A stretch of DNA of 64,000 nt from an uncultured bacterium (GCA_903825105.1 CAIJZI010000006.1:87368-151367); one strand, 5' to 3'; positions 44,961-54,112 are shown, counted from the stretch's first letter. Numbers and translations are program-made. The notes: generated from the letters alone by a model not told the origin.

Positions 44961-45329
44961 CTAGAGCTCGTTGAAGCTAAGCCCACGAGCCTCCGAAATG
45001 AAATCTCGCTGGCTCTGGCCGCTGACCTCCTGCTTCGCCTTCTCCGCGGCCTTTGCTGCCGCTGTCTCCAACTGCAGAGCGAGGCTGTCAGCGACTTCGA
45101 AGTCATCGTCTTTAATAACCCATCCTCCGCCTTTTGCTTTGAGCTCACTCAAGCGAGTCTGCCAGGCGACCATGATGTCAGAGATCGTCGCCGGCGGATA
45201 CTTCGTGTTCCTGATGTTGAAAGCAACGATTCTGAGATCGCTGCCCGTTGCCTCACGGATCGTCTTGATGATTGACTCGTGTGCCGGCAGAAAGACATTA
45301 CCAACCATCGACACTGAATTTTTCTCCAT
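44961..45329 (-). CDS. hypothetical protein
   Basis: GGGGAG RBS; start at MEKNSV; acidic C-terminus. Confidence 0.45.
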   Translation of the reverse strand: MEKNSVSMVGNVFLPAHESIIKTIREATGSDLRIVAFNIRNTKYPPATISDIMVAWQTRLSELKAKGGGWVIKDDDFEVADSLALQLETAAAKAAEKAKQEVSGQSQRDFISEARGLSFNEL

Positions 45330-45434
45330 ATTTTCTCCCCATTTTAGAATGTACAACCGCAGTCAAAATAACACCACTACGCGAATGCGTCAACACTTCT
45401 TTGACAGAAAGAGTAATGCTATGCTGTATTTATT

Positions 45435-45959
45435 ATGAAAGAAATCGTTCAAGACGGCGCGATCGTTCTGCGCAACAAGGCAAAGGATCTACCGAGTGAG
45501 CTCTTCGGCTCTCCCGAGCTCGCGCAGATTATCGCCGATATGACCCGAGCGCTCGGCAAAGAGCCAGACGGAGTCGCGCTCGCCGCGCCTCAAATCGCTG
45601 TCCCCTATCGAATATTTATTGTGCGGAAGGATCGAACCCTACAGCCACCCGTTTCAGAAGATACTGAAGTGCCGAAACCGAAACCCGAGATCGTCGTCTA
45701 CATAAATCCTGAAATTATAAAAACATCGCACAAAAAAATAGAAGCCGACGAGGGCTGTCTCTCTGTCCGCGGCGTCTACGGGACGACCATGCGCCACGAG
45801 CGCGTGACGGTCGCCGCGCGCGACATGAACGGGAAGAAGTTTACCCGTGGCGCGGGCGGCCTGATGGCACAAATCTTTGAACACGAAATCGATCACTTAA
45901 ACGGTATTTTATTTATCGATCACGCGATTCATCTCTATCACCCCGACAAAAATGAATAA
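45435..45959 (+). CDS. def: peptide deformylase
   Basis: GCLSVRG and HEIDHLNG motifs. Confidence 0.95.
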   Translation: MKEIVQDGAIVLRNKAKDLPSELFGSPELAQIIADMTRALGKEPDGVALAAPQIAVPYRIFIVRKDRTLQPPVSEDTEVPKPKPEIVVYINPEIIKTSHKKIEADEGCLSVRGVYGTTMRHERVTVAARDMNGKKFTRGAGGLMAQIFEHEIDHLNGILFIDHAIHLYHPDKNE

Positions 45960-46776
45960 TCTCTCTTTCGCCTACTTTGGCACGCCACGAGTCTCGAGCG
46001 AGACCCTCGCCACTCTTCTCCAAAATAATTTCATTCCAAAAATCGTTATCTCTTCTCCTGACGCGCCGAGGGGTCGCGGGCTCGTGCTCGAATCATCAGA
46101 AGTAAAGAAGCTCGCGCTAGAAAAAAATCTCGAAGTAATCACACCAGAAAAGTTAGATCCAGAAACAATCGCCCTTATCCGCGAGAAGAACTGTGATTAT
46201 GCGATCGTTGTCGCATATGGGAAAATTTTTCCAAAAGAGCTTATCGAACTATTCCCGAAAGGCGTTTTGAATATTCACTATTCCCTTCTGCCGAAATATC
46301 GCGGCGCGACGCCGCTCGAATCAGCGCTCCTCGCAGGAGAAAAAGAAAGTGGCGTGACGCTCCAGAAGATGGCGGTATCAGTCGATGCTGGCGACATCAT
46401 CACGCAGAAGCCGACGCCCATAGCTGAGACAGAAACCGCGAAGGAACTACGCCCGCGCCTTATCGCTCTCGGCGCAGAACTGCTCGTCGAGACCCTCCCT
46501 GCTTATTTGAATGGAGAAATAAAGCCGATTATTCAAGACGCTTCGCTCGCCACACGCGCGTATAAAATAAAAAAGGAGGATGGGCTCCTCGACCTAAATG
46601 ATTCGGCGGAGAAAAATTGGTTGAAGTATCGCGCCTATGCTGACTCGATCGGCACCTACTTTTTTGAGAATAATAAGAGAATGAAGATTACCAGCGCGGA
46701 ATTCGCCAAGGGCGAATTCCGCGTCCTGCGCGTGATCCCTGAAGGAAAAAAGGAGGTGGATTATCGCAGTCGATAA
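45952..46776 (+). CDS. fmt: methionyl-tRNA formyltransferase
   Basis: Formyl-transferase N-domain (NIHYSLLPKYRGATP) and C-domain; classic def-fmt pairing. Confidence 0.9.
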   Translation: MNNLSFAYFGTPRVSSETLATLLQNNFIPKIVISSPDAPRGRGLVLESSEVKKLALEKNLEVITPEKLDPETIALIREKNCDYAIVVAYGKIFPKELIELFPKGVLNIHYSLLPKYRGATPLESALLAGEKESGVTLQKMAVSVDAGDIITQKPTPIAETETAKELRPRLIALGAELLVETLPAYLNGEIKPIIQDASLATRAYKIKKEDGLLDLNDSAEKNWLKYRAYADSIGTYFFENNKRMKITSAEFAKGEFRVLRVIPEGKKEVDYRSR

Positions 46777-46819
46777 CACATTGCAGTAAAACGCTTTTAA
46801 GATAGAATAGTAATTGTAT

Positions 46820-46891
46820 TCCGGGATAGCTCAATGGTAGAGCAGCGCCCTGTTAAGGCGTTGGTTGTAGGTTCGAGTCCTACTCCCGGAG
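46820..46891 (+). tRNA. tRNA-Asn (anticodon GTT), CCA not encoded
   Basis: Manual cloverleaf: acceptor tccggga/tcccgga, D stem gctc/gagc, anticodon loop ctGTTaa, T-arm gtagg-ttcgagt-cctac. Confidence 0.85.
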
Positions 46892-47034
46892 CCGAGGTAA
46901 AATGAAATGCGCCAGTAGTGGCGTATTTTCATTTTCACCGAGGCGAACGGGAGAAAGCTCTGCTTACTCCCGGAGCATCCGGATAAAAAGTAAGAGCCCC
47001 TATTAGGAGCTTTTTCTTTTGTTATAATTCTTAT

Positions 47035-47481
47035 ATGAAAGACATTGCCCTACGCGCGAAGTGGATTATCAAGGCTCCCCTACCAGAAGTTTTTAATATC
47101 ATGACTGACTTTGAAAGATTCCCTGAGAACTTCCCTAAAGTCGCGGAGTCGATACAAATCGTGAAGCGAGAAGGAAATCATTTAGAAATAAAAGCGATAG
47201 TAAAATCTTTTGGTGAGAACTTCCCTGTAAAGATGAGGACAGAGATCCTACCGATGAAGGGATACATTTCAGATAATGAGAGCCCGAAGTTTGGAACTTC
47301 TGGCCACGAAGAATTCTTACTCTCCGAGAGCCCTGAAGGTACAGTGATCGACTACACCTACCAAGTCGCGATTCATAACCGCTGGCTCCGCGTCGTCGCC
47401 AAACCGCTCATCGGCTGGTTCTCTATGAAGTATTGGGAGAAGGCCGTCATCAACGAACTCCGAAAAAAGCTTGAGGGATAA
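47035..47481 (+). CDS. SRPBCC (Bet v1/polyketide cyclase-like) domain protein
   Basis: Size and hydrophobic pattern typical of Polyketide_cyc2-like proteins. Confidence 0.5.
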   Translation: MKDIALRAKWIIKAPLPEVFNIMTDFERFPENFPKVAESIQIVKREGNHLEIKAIVKSFGENFPVKMRTEILPMKGYISDNESPKFGTSGHEEFLLSESPEGTVIDYTYQVAIHNRWLRVVAKPLIGWFSMKYWEKAVINELRKKLEG

Positions 47482-47709
47482 TTGTTATATACTACATCTA
47501 TGCAAAAAATAGCAACACGCGTTTTTATTTATTCATCAATCGCTTTTGGTATTATCGGCATTCTCCTCATCTTGGTCGGCGGCCCAGATGGAAATAATCA
47601 TACGGTGTTGAATCAGACACTACACCAGCTACTTATGATAACCGTCTGCATCATCTTACCCTCATTCGCGCTTAGCATCGCAGGGAAATATTTGAATGGT
47701 GGTTTCTAA
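47482..47709 (+). CDS. small membrane protein (2 TM)
   Basis: 75 aa with two hydrophobic helices. Confidence 0.4.
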   Translation: MLYTTSMQKIATRVFIYSSIAFGIIGILLILVGGPDGNNHTVLNQTLHQLLMITVCIILPSFALSIAGKYLNGGF

Positions 47710-47714
47710 ATCGG

Positions 47715-48179
47715 TCAATATTCGTTACCTAACGAATGGAAATATGCCGTTCCTGACATATTATTTCGTTTGTGCGCCTCGACGTCCTCATCTTCTTCAT
47801 TTTCGTGTGCAAGCACCCATTCTTTGATAATGTCTCCCGCGACTTCGCGATCTGCCATTTCGTACAAAACTTTTTCAGAGAGTGGACTCAATTTTTGAAG
47901 TGACAGGCGTTTTAAAGTGTCCATAATCTGATTGTGCAAGATTGCTCTCTGCGGGGGCGAATAGGTACGCCTACTTCCCGCATGATAATGTTCTGCATCC
48001 GCAGGAAGAGCCACTCGTAGCGCAACATATTTTCTACACACTTCCAGAAAAGAATCTTGTGCATTCCCCGTCCCAAAAAGTTTTAACACTATTTCAAATT
48101 TTTCCTTTCCTGAAAGAGTTTCTTGTGCTTGTTCTGTTTCTGTATTTCTTCCAAGTCCCCCTGTTTCGTGTGTTTTCAT
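47715..48179 (-). CDS. hypothetical protein
   Basis: Start taken at MKTHETGG, downstream of the terminator at 48222..48256; TACAAT lies 7 nt before the ATG. Confidence 0.4.
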   Translation of the reverse strand: MKTHETGGLGRNTETEQAQETLSGKEKFEIVLKLFGTGNAQDSFLEVCRKYVALRVALPADAEHYHAGSRRTYSPPQRAILHNQIMDTLKRLSLQKLSPLSEKVLYEMADREVAGDIIKEWVLAHENEEDEDVEAHKRNNMSGTAYFHSLGNEY

Positions 48180-48221
48180 TATGTGAATTGTATCACTATT
48201 TAAATTCAAACATATCCAATT

Positions 48222-48256
48222 AGAAAAGCGCCCGACAGGTCGGGCGCTTTTGGTTT
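48222..48256. terminator. bidirectional rho-independent terminator
   Basis: gcgcccgac-ag-gtcgggcgc with T-runs on both sides. Confidence 0.75.
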
Positions 48257-48265
48257 TGAGCTTTT

Positions 48266-48523
48266 TCAAAAATGGGAATAACCGGATTGGTGAAGCCGAA
48301 ACTGCTGATCGGGTATCATCTTTCTGATCGCTTCTTTTCTCCGCTCAGCGAGAATGATATCGAGGTCTGGTTGTGGATTTAACGGTTCGCCGCAAACGAC
48401 ACAAGAACAGCCTGCGTTCATATACTGTGCGCGATGCGGGAGGCAAAACTGGCAGCAAACGACCGTTCTTCCGTTTGCGATTCTTTCCCACTTCTCTATC
48501 AAATCTTTTTCAGACTGATACAT
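48266..48523 (-). CDS. Cys-rich zinc-ribbon protein
   Basis: CCQFC...CSCVVC. Confidence 0.5.
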   Translation of the reverse strand: MYQSEKDLIEKWERIANGRTVVCCQFCLPHRAQYMNAGCSCVVCGEPLNPQPDLDIILAERRKEAIRKMIPDQQFRLHQSGYSHF

Positions 48524-48636
48524 TGTTTCTCCCCTTTTCTACATCCAACAAAATAATAAACCAAAACAACATTTAAATCAAATTAAACAAGAGTTCAACT
48601 CTCTGGCGCTATGTAGCAGCGCCTTGTTTTTATATT

Positions 48637-49050
48637 TCAAATCATCAGCACAGCGCCGAGTACGATAAAGACAGCGCCTAGGAGCGCCTTCCAAGAAAAT
48701 TCCATACTTAAGAACAGGAGAGAAAAGATGAGCACGAAGACAACACTCGTTCGGTCGATCGCCGAGACACCCGTCGCGGGCCCAAGCTTCAGCGCCCAAA
48801 ACATCGCGAGCCAAGAGAGCGCTCCGGCGATACCCGAGAGCGCGATGAAGAGAAGCGGCTTCCCTTGTGGGAGCGAAGCGAAGCTCAACTTCCCCAGCCC
48901 GAGCGATACTGCGACGAGGAATGTTGCCATAATAACTGCGCGCACAGTCGTCGCGACAGTAGTGTCGACACCTTGAAGACCGATCTTACCAAAAATGGCG
49001 ACGAGAGCTGCGAAGACCGCGCCAATGAGTGCGAGAAAAATCCAAGACAT
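48637..49050 (-). CDS. EamA-like (DMT superfamily) small membrane transporter
   Basis: 137 aa, four TM helices, EamA-like pattern. Confidence 0.55.
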   Translation of the reverse strand: MSWIFLALIGAVFAALVAIFGKIGLQGVDTTVATTVRAVIMATFLVAVSLGLGKLSFASLPQGKPLLFIALSGIAGALSWLAMFWALKLGPATGVSAIDRTSVVFVLIFSLLFLSMEFSWKALLGAVFIVLGAVLMI

Positions 49051-49107
49051 GAGTAAAGTATACCACCAGAGATTGTCTTATAATTTATTTACTGGTATAG
49101 ATAGTGG

Positions 49108-49521
49108 ATGAAAAAAGTCAGAAGAATTTTTAAACCATTACCTTTTAAGCTTCGCGTCGGGAAGGCGCGCACCGGTCGTGGCCTCTTTACTGAAGAAAAT
49201 ATCCCGCGCGGCGCCTGCATTATTGAATACATCGGTCGCCCGGTTTCAAAAGAGGAACAAGAAAAGAATGGTGGAAAATATTTTTTCTGGACAGGTAAGT
49301 ACACGATGATTGACGGTAATATTAAAGAGAACACCGCGCGCTATATTAATCATTCCTGCGCGCCGAACTGCGAGGCAGATTTGTACAAAAAGAGAATTTA
49401 TATATTCGCGAAGAAAAATATAAAAGCCGGCGAAGAATTACACTACGACTACGATACCGAATATTTCGATATGCACATTAAGCCCAAAGGCTGCCTCTGC
49501 CACAAATGCTCTCCGGCGTAG
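49108..49521 (+). CDS. SET-domain protein (putative protein-lysine methyltransferase)
   Basis: RYINHSCAPNC and ELHYDYD SET motifs; C-terminal Cys cluster (post-SET-like). Confidence 0.85.
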   Translation: MKKVRRIFKPLPFKLRVGKARTGRGLFTEENIPRGACIIEYIGRPVSKEEQEKNGGKYFFWTGKYTMIDGNIKENTARYINHSCAPNCEADLYKKRIYIFAKKNIKAGEELHYDYDTEYFDMHIKPKGCLCHKCSPA

Positions 49522-49553
49522 ATAAGAAATCTGGACAAGTTTGTCCAAAATGC

Positions 49554-50294
49554 TTATTTTAAATACAGAGAGAACCCACTCGTCATGGTGGCGATACCAT
49601 TTTTATCTATCGAGTAGCCTTCGAAGCCGGCGAGCTGTTCGAGAAAAATAATGCCTTCCTTCCCCATCGCGAAGACGGCGGTCGCGAAGCGGTCTGCCTC
49701 GAGCACATCGGGGCCAATGACCGTGACGCTCACGATTTCGCGGAGTTCGTCACTCGACTGGAGTGGATTATAAATATGACTACCGCGCAGGTATGAGCCC
49801 GAGGTCGCGACCCCTTTTCCGCGCGGGTACACCACTTTTATAATTTCATCTGTCTGAAATGGATTTTTAATACCGAAGCTCCATTCTTCTCCCTTCTCAT
49901 TTTTCCCACTTGAGGCGATATCGCCGCCAGCATTAACAAAAAAGTTTTTGTATCCTGCTTTTTTTATCAGCTCTGCCGTATTTTTTATAGCCCAGCCTTT
50001 TACCACGCCTGATGGATCAACCGTCCCATCAGAGCAGCGCATATTAAAATAACCATTTGTTTCTTCTCTTGTTTTTTCAGCCAAAACGAAAACTCTGCGC
50101 ATCGCGCTACTTATATCCTCATCTTTTATTTCTCCGCGATTGATACGCGAGATCTCGCTGTCTTCTTTATAAACGCTAAACTGTTTATCAACTTCTGTGA
50201 GATACTTAAACGCCATCTCGCTAGTACGCGCAGGGTCATTGCCTAGGATTTCAATTTCGATAGTCATTCCCATTATGCTTCGTGCGTCGCGCAT
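49554..50294 (-). CDS. apbE: FAD:protein FMN transferase (ApbE family)
   Basis: ApbE family blocks (GGDIASSG, GVVKGWAI). Confidence 0.75.
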   Translation of the reverse strand: MRDARSIMGMTIEIEILGNDPARTSEMAFKYLTEVDKQFSVYKEDSEISRINRGEIKDEDISSAMRRVFVLAEKTREETNGYFNMRCSDGTVDPSGVVKGWAIKNTAELIKKAGYKNFFVNAGGDIASSGKNEKGEEWSFGIKNPFQTDEIIKVVYPRGKGVATSGSYLRGSHIYNPLQSSDELREIVSVTVIGPDVLEADRFATAVFAMGKEGIIFLEQLAGFEGYSIDKNGIATMTSGFSLYLK

Positions 50295-50327
50295 ATATAC
50301 TTATACGCTTAAAAACGAGAAATATTA

Positions 50328-50816
50328 TTGCCCCTCTTTCGTATTACAAATATGCCGAGTCAATCGCCCAAATTAAAAAGTAGAAAGTTGCCCGTCGCGA
50401 TAACGCTCGTTATCGTCTCGATGATTTATGTCCTGTGGCAGTATGCCGGCGCGCAGCAGCCGGTAGAAGTCAGTGGTTCCCTTGCGCCAGTATCGACCAC
50501 CACAGTTATAACTCCTGTGAAAAAATCTGGCATCTACACCGACGGCACCTACACCGGCACCTCCGTAAATGCGTATTATGGCAATGTCCAAGTGGAGGCG
50601 ATAATCCAGAACAGTGCTTTAACTGATGTGAAATTTTTACAATCACCGAGCGACAGAAGCACTTCGATAAGAATCAGCGGTGGCGCGATGCCGATTCTCG
50701 TTCAAGAAGCGATACAGAAGCAGAGCGCGCCAGTTGACAGTGTCTCTGGCGCGACGGATATCAGCAACGCTTTTAATCAATCACTCGCGAATGCTCTGAC
50801 CCAAGCGAGAAATTAA
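50328..50816 (+). CDS. FMN-binding domain protein (membrane-anchored, extracytoplasmic)
   Basis: N-terminal TM; C-terminal FMN_bind signature VDSVSGATDISNAF (SGAT flavinylation motif). Confidence 0.75.
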   Translation: MPLFRITNMPSQSPKLKSRKLPVAITLVIVSMIYVLWQYAGAQQPVEVSGSLAPVSTTTVITPVKKSGIYTDGTYTGTSVNAYYGNVQVEAIIQNSALTDVKFLQSPSDRSTSIRISGGAMPILVQEAIQKQSAPVDSVSGATDISNAFNQSLANALTQARN

Positions 50817-50817
50817 T

Positions 50818-52293
50818 ATGCCTTTTGTTGATAATTTCTTAAATAAGATAACGATGTACCGCCTCGTGCTGTACTATCTTCTCGGGCTTTTTATTATCGC
50901 GCTCCTCTTCGGATCTTTTGGTTTTATCTCTATAAACCCGATTCATCTCATCTTCTCGACGATTATTATTCTCGCCGCCTGCGCGATAAGTAATCTGATA
51001 TTCGCGAAGAGTTTTAATGCACAGACCAATGTCGAGTCGGTCTATATCACCGCATTTATTCTCGCTCTGCTTATTTCGCCCGTCGCATACACAAACTTTG
51101 CAGGCATCGGCTTTCTCATCTTCGCCTCTGCGTGGGCGATGGCGTCAAAATTTATTTTCGCCATCAATCAAAAACATATTTTTAATCCCGCGGCTTTCGG
51201 CATCGCGCTCTCGGCGCTCGTTTTGAATCAGAGTGCGACCTGGTGGGCGGGCGGCAGCGTCGCCCTCTTACCTTTCGTCTTTTTTGGCGGGCTTCTTATT
51301 GTGCGAAAGATTCATCGATTCGACCTGGTTATTTCTTTTTCTGTTGTCGCCCTTCTCACCATCCTCGCGACGAGTGGCGGCGATTATGTGACCGTACTTT
51401 CACAAGTGCTTCTGTATTCCCCATTTTTCTTCCTCGCTTTCGTAATGCTCACCGAACCACTCACGATGCCGCCAACGCGCCTTGGAAGAATCTTTTATGG
51501 CGCGCTCGTCGGCCTTCTCTTCGCTCCCGCCATTCACTTAGGCTCGCTCTACTTCACGCCAGAGCTCGCTCTTCTCGCAGGCAATCTGCTTGCCTACTTC
51601 ATCAGCCCCGAAGGGCGCTTCACGCTCACGCTTATTGGAATAAAAGAATTAGCGACTGGCACCTACGAATTTATCTTTAAACCCGATTTTTCATTCGACT
51701 TTAAACCTGGCCAGTATCTCGAATGGACGCTCTCGCACGCTTCTCCCGACAGTCGCGGTAATCGCCGCTACTTCACGATCGCTTCATCGCCAACAGAAAA
51801 TGAGCTGCGCCTTGGGGTGAAGTTTTATGAACCAAAAAGCAGTTTCAAAAATGCTCTTGCAAAATTAAAAATCGGCGACACGATCTCTGTCTCGCATCTC
51901 GCAGGCGACTTCACCCTACCAAAAAATAATAAAAAGAAGCTAGCCTTTATCGCAGGTGGGATCGGCGTCACGCCCTTTCGCAGCCAGGTGAAATATTTAA
52001 TCGATACGGGAGACATACGCTCGGTAACACTGCTTTATGCAAATAAGTCCGCCTCCGATGTTGCTTATAAAGAATTATTTGATGGGGCAGAAGAAAAAAT
52101 CGGTATGAAATCGTTTTATCATTCGGGAAAAGTGGAGGCACACACCATTGTCGAAGAAATACCTGATTATAAAGAGCGCACTTTTTATATTTCTGGCCCG
52201 CGCGGAATGGTCGAGTCGTATAAAAAAACCCTCCTCGACCTCGGCGTCTCACGATTCAATATTAAAACGGACTACTTCCCCGGATTTGTATAA
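50818..52293 (+). CDS. fusion of a polytopic membrane domain (RnfD/NqrB-like) with an FNR-like FAD/NAD(P)-binding oxidoreductase domain
   Basis: About 250 aa of TM helices; then RYFTIAS (RxYS FAD motif) and AFIAGGIGVTPF (NAD(P)-binding glycine loop). Confidence 0.65.
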   Translation: MPFVDNFLNKITMYRLVLYYLLGLFIIALLFGSFGFISINPIHLIFSTIIILAACAISNLIFAKSFNAQTNVESVYITAFILALLISPVAYTNFAGIGFLIFASAWAMASKFIFAINQKHIFNPAAFGIALSALVLNQSATWWAGGSVALLPFVFFGGLLIVRKIHRFDLVISFSVVALLTILATSGGDYVTVLSQVLLYSPFFFLAFVMLTEPLTMPPTRLGRIFYGALVGLLFAPAIHLGSLYFTPELALLAGNLLAYFISPEGRFTLTLIGIKELATGTYEFIFKPDFSFDFKPGQYLEWTLSHASPDSRGNRRYFTIASSPTENELRLGVKFYEPKSSFKNALAKLKIGDTISVSHLAGDFTLPKNNKKKLAFIAGGIGVTPFRSQVKYLIDTGDIRSVTLLYANKSASDVAYKELFDGAEEKIGMKSFYHSGKVEAHTIVEEIPDYKERTFYISGPRGMVESYKKTLLDLGVSRFNIKTDYFPGFV

Positions 52294-52361
52294 TAGGCTT
52301 AAAATAAATGGCTTATTTGCTGTGTTTTTAAACACTTTTGTATATTTTGTCTATAAAAAGC

Positions 52362-52390
52362 TTGACAAATACAGCCACTTGTGCTAGCAT
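52362..52390 (+). promoter_or_regulatory. consensus sigma-70 promoter TTGACA-17-TAGCAT
   Basis: Perfect -35, 17-nt spacer, good -10; 54 nt upstream of an AAGGAG RBS. Confidence 0.65.
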
Positions 52391-52444
52391 AGAAACAGGT
52401 CAGTAGCACGGCAGAAATGTCGATTTCGAATTAAGGAGCAGCTC

Positions 52445-53017
52445 ATGAAAAGGCATACGGCATGGAGTAATGGCACCGTCGCAGTGACAGTGCCGCAAAA
52501 TCTGGCCCCGGCGAAGTTCTTCCCGGAGCCGAGGATGGTGAACCAGGTGCTCGTGAGCGAGTACGCGAAGTTCCAGGCGACTGTCGCCAACGGCGGCACA
52601 GCAACCTTCCACATCTTCGGCGACAGCCTCGCCGAAATGCGCGGGAAGAACATCATCGCGGATCTCGTTCTCCTGAAGGAGAAGTGCGAAGACAGGTCCG
52701 AGCGCGTCCTCCTCAACCTCATGGAGCCGAAAGAAGCATTCCGCTTCCGCAAGGCCAGCCATCAGCTGAAGGTAATGCTGAAGAAAGACGCGAGCTTCTG
52801 CGGAGGATACCGCTACTTCGATTCCGGCAATGTGTGGGTCGCTGTCGGCCCAGCGCCGGCCTACAAAGCGCAGATCAACAAGCTGCTGACTGCGACAGAG
52901 AAACGCCATGCCGTCGCGGCTACAACTGCGGGTGACAGTCAGGTCTCGAGAGGAGACTGGCGCGTCATCGATGCTCGCGGACGAGTGATTATGTCCGCGG
53001 AGTTGGCTCACGCGTAA
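52445..53017 (+). CDS. hypothetical protein encoded by a compositionally foreign (about 60% GC) gene
   Basis: RBS, promoter, terminator; strong GC3 bias unlike the neighbours; long antisense ORFs are GC artefacts. Confidence 0.6.
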   Translation: MKRHTAWSNGTVAVTVPQNLAPAKFFPEPRMVNQVLVSEYAKFQATVANGGTATFHIFGDSLAEMRGKNIIADLVLLKEKCEDRSERVLLNLMEPKEAFRFRKASHQLKVMLKKDASFCGGYRYFDSGNVWVAVGPAPAYKAQINKLLTATEKRHAVAATTAGDSQVSRGDWRVIDARGRVIMSAELAHA

Positions 53018-53030
53018 CCGCAGCACAAAC

Positions 53031-53072
53031 AAAGCCCGCAAGTTCAGGAGGAACTTGCGGGCTTTTCATTTT
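53031..53072. terminator. bidirectional rho-independent terminator
   Basis: aagcccgcaagtt-caggagg-aacttgcgggc then T-run. Confidence 0.8.
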
Positions 53073-53078
53073 ATAAAA

Positions 53079-53300
53079 TCAGATATCAACCGAGAGGAGC
53101 TTCGACGGCGAGTGGTGACCGTTTATTATACGCACCTTCCCTATCGCTACGGTAAAGTGTTTGGCGATTATCGCGATGACACGGCGATTCGCCAAGTTTT
53201 GTAGTGGCTTTTCTTTTACTACGATTTCAAAATGATCTTTTGAGATTTCTTTAAACGATTCCTTTTTTGCTCCTGCCTGCACAGCGACTTTTATATACAT
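53079..53300 (-). CDS. DUF167 (YggU) family protein
   Basis: KVAVQAGAKKESF...KPLQNLANRRVIAIIAKHF...VRIINGHHSPSK matches the YggU/UPF0235 pattern. Confidence 0.7.
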   Translation of the reverse strand: MYIKVAVQAGAKKESFKEISKDHFEIVVKEKPLQNLANRRVIAIIAKHFTVAIGKVRIINGHHSPSKLLSVDI

Positions 53301-53362
53301 ATTTATTACGGTAGCATTTAAAAATGAAAACGGGAGCGGCTTTCTGCCACTCCCGCTTGATC

Positions 53363-53629
53363 TTAATCAGTTTTCCTGAATTCCCCGAGTGAAAAGCTGA
53401 TCGTTCTTCCAGGGTCTTCTTCATCGGCTTTGTCCCAATCGGGGTCAATCTTAGGCTCGCCGATAATGTTTACGACCTCTGCGTGACCGTGCTTATTGCT
53501 GCCAAGATCATCGTAGTCAACGACATCACCGGGAACTAGTTTCCATTCGGTAACAAATGGTATCAAGATCGCCCGCCCCCACATAAAAGATCTTGACTCA
53601 TCTTTTGGGATCAAGACTGTGCAAGCCAT
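53363..53629 (-). CDS. hypothetical protein
   Basis: 88-aa ORF with a terminator downstream (53325..53362). Confidence 0.4.
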   Translation of the reverse strand: MACTVLIPKDESRSFMWGRAILIPFVTEWKLVPGDVVDYDDLGSNKHGHAEVVNIIGEPKIDPDWDKADEEDPGRTISFSLGEFRKTD

Positions 53630-53709
53630 AAATCCTCCTCAGACGTCAATCTACCCGCCACAGACTATACCAACACATATTTATATTGTCAAAAGGCAAT
53701 TGGGGAGAA

Positions 53710-54072
53710 CTAAAAGGCACTCATATCAGCATTAATACCGTTTACCGTTTCTTGAATATAATTCGTTGTCCAGATATAGGCATACCAGCACATACCAATC
53801 GTCGAAAGAAGCATCAGAATGCAGGCGAAGACGCCGATTTTTTTAACTTCGGGATCTTTTGACTTCGCGTACTTCACTGCCGGCCATTTCGATATCGCTA
53901 AAAAGCCGATAAAAGGCAGAATGATGCTTAACAAATAAATCCAGAGTTGTGTGAGTGCGGTCGTCGAGAGGGGCGCCGAATTTAATTTATTTCCACAATT
54001 CGGGCAATAATAAAACTGCGGGGAGATGGGCTGGTGACAATATGAACAAACGAGCTGATCTGCTATTTCCAT
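53710..54072 (-). CDS. zinc-ribbon membrane protein
   Basis: CSYC...CPNC N-terminal ribbon, then two TM helices. Confidence 0.5.
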   Translation of the reverse strand: MEIADQLVCSYCHQPISPQFYYCPNCGNKLNSAPLSTTALTQLWIYLLSIILPFIGFLAISKWPAVKYAKSKDPEVKKIGVFACILMLLSTIGMCWYAYIWTTNYIQETVNGINADMSAF

Positions 54073-54112
54073 TATTTTATTTTACCATCAATCATGATGC
54101 TATACTGCGAAT

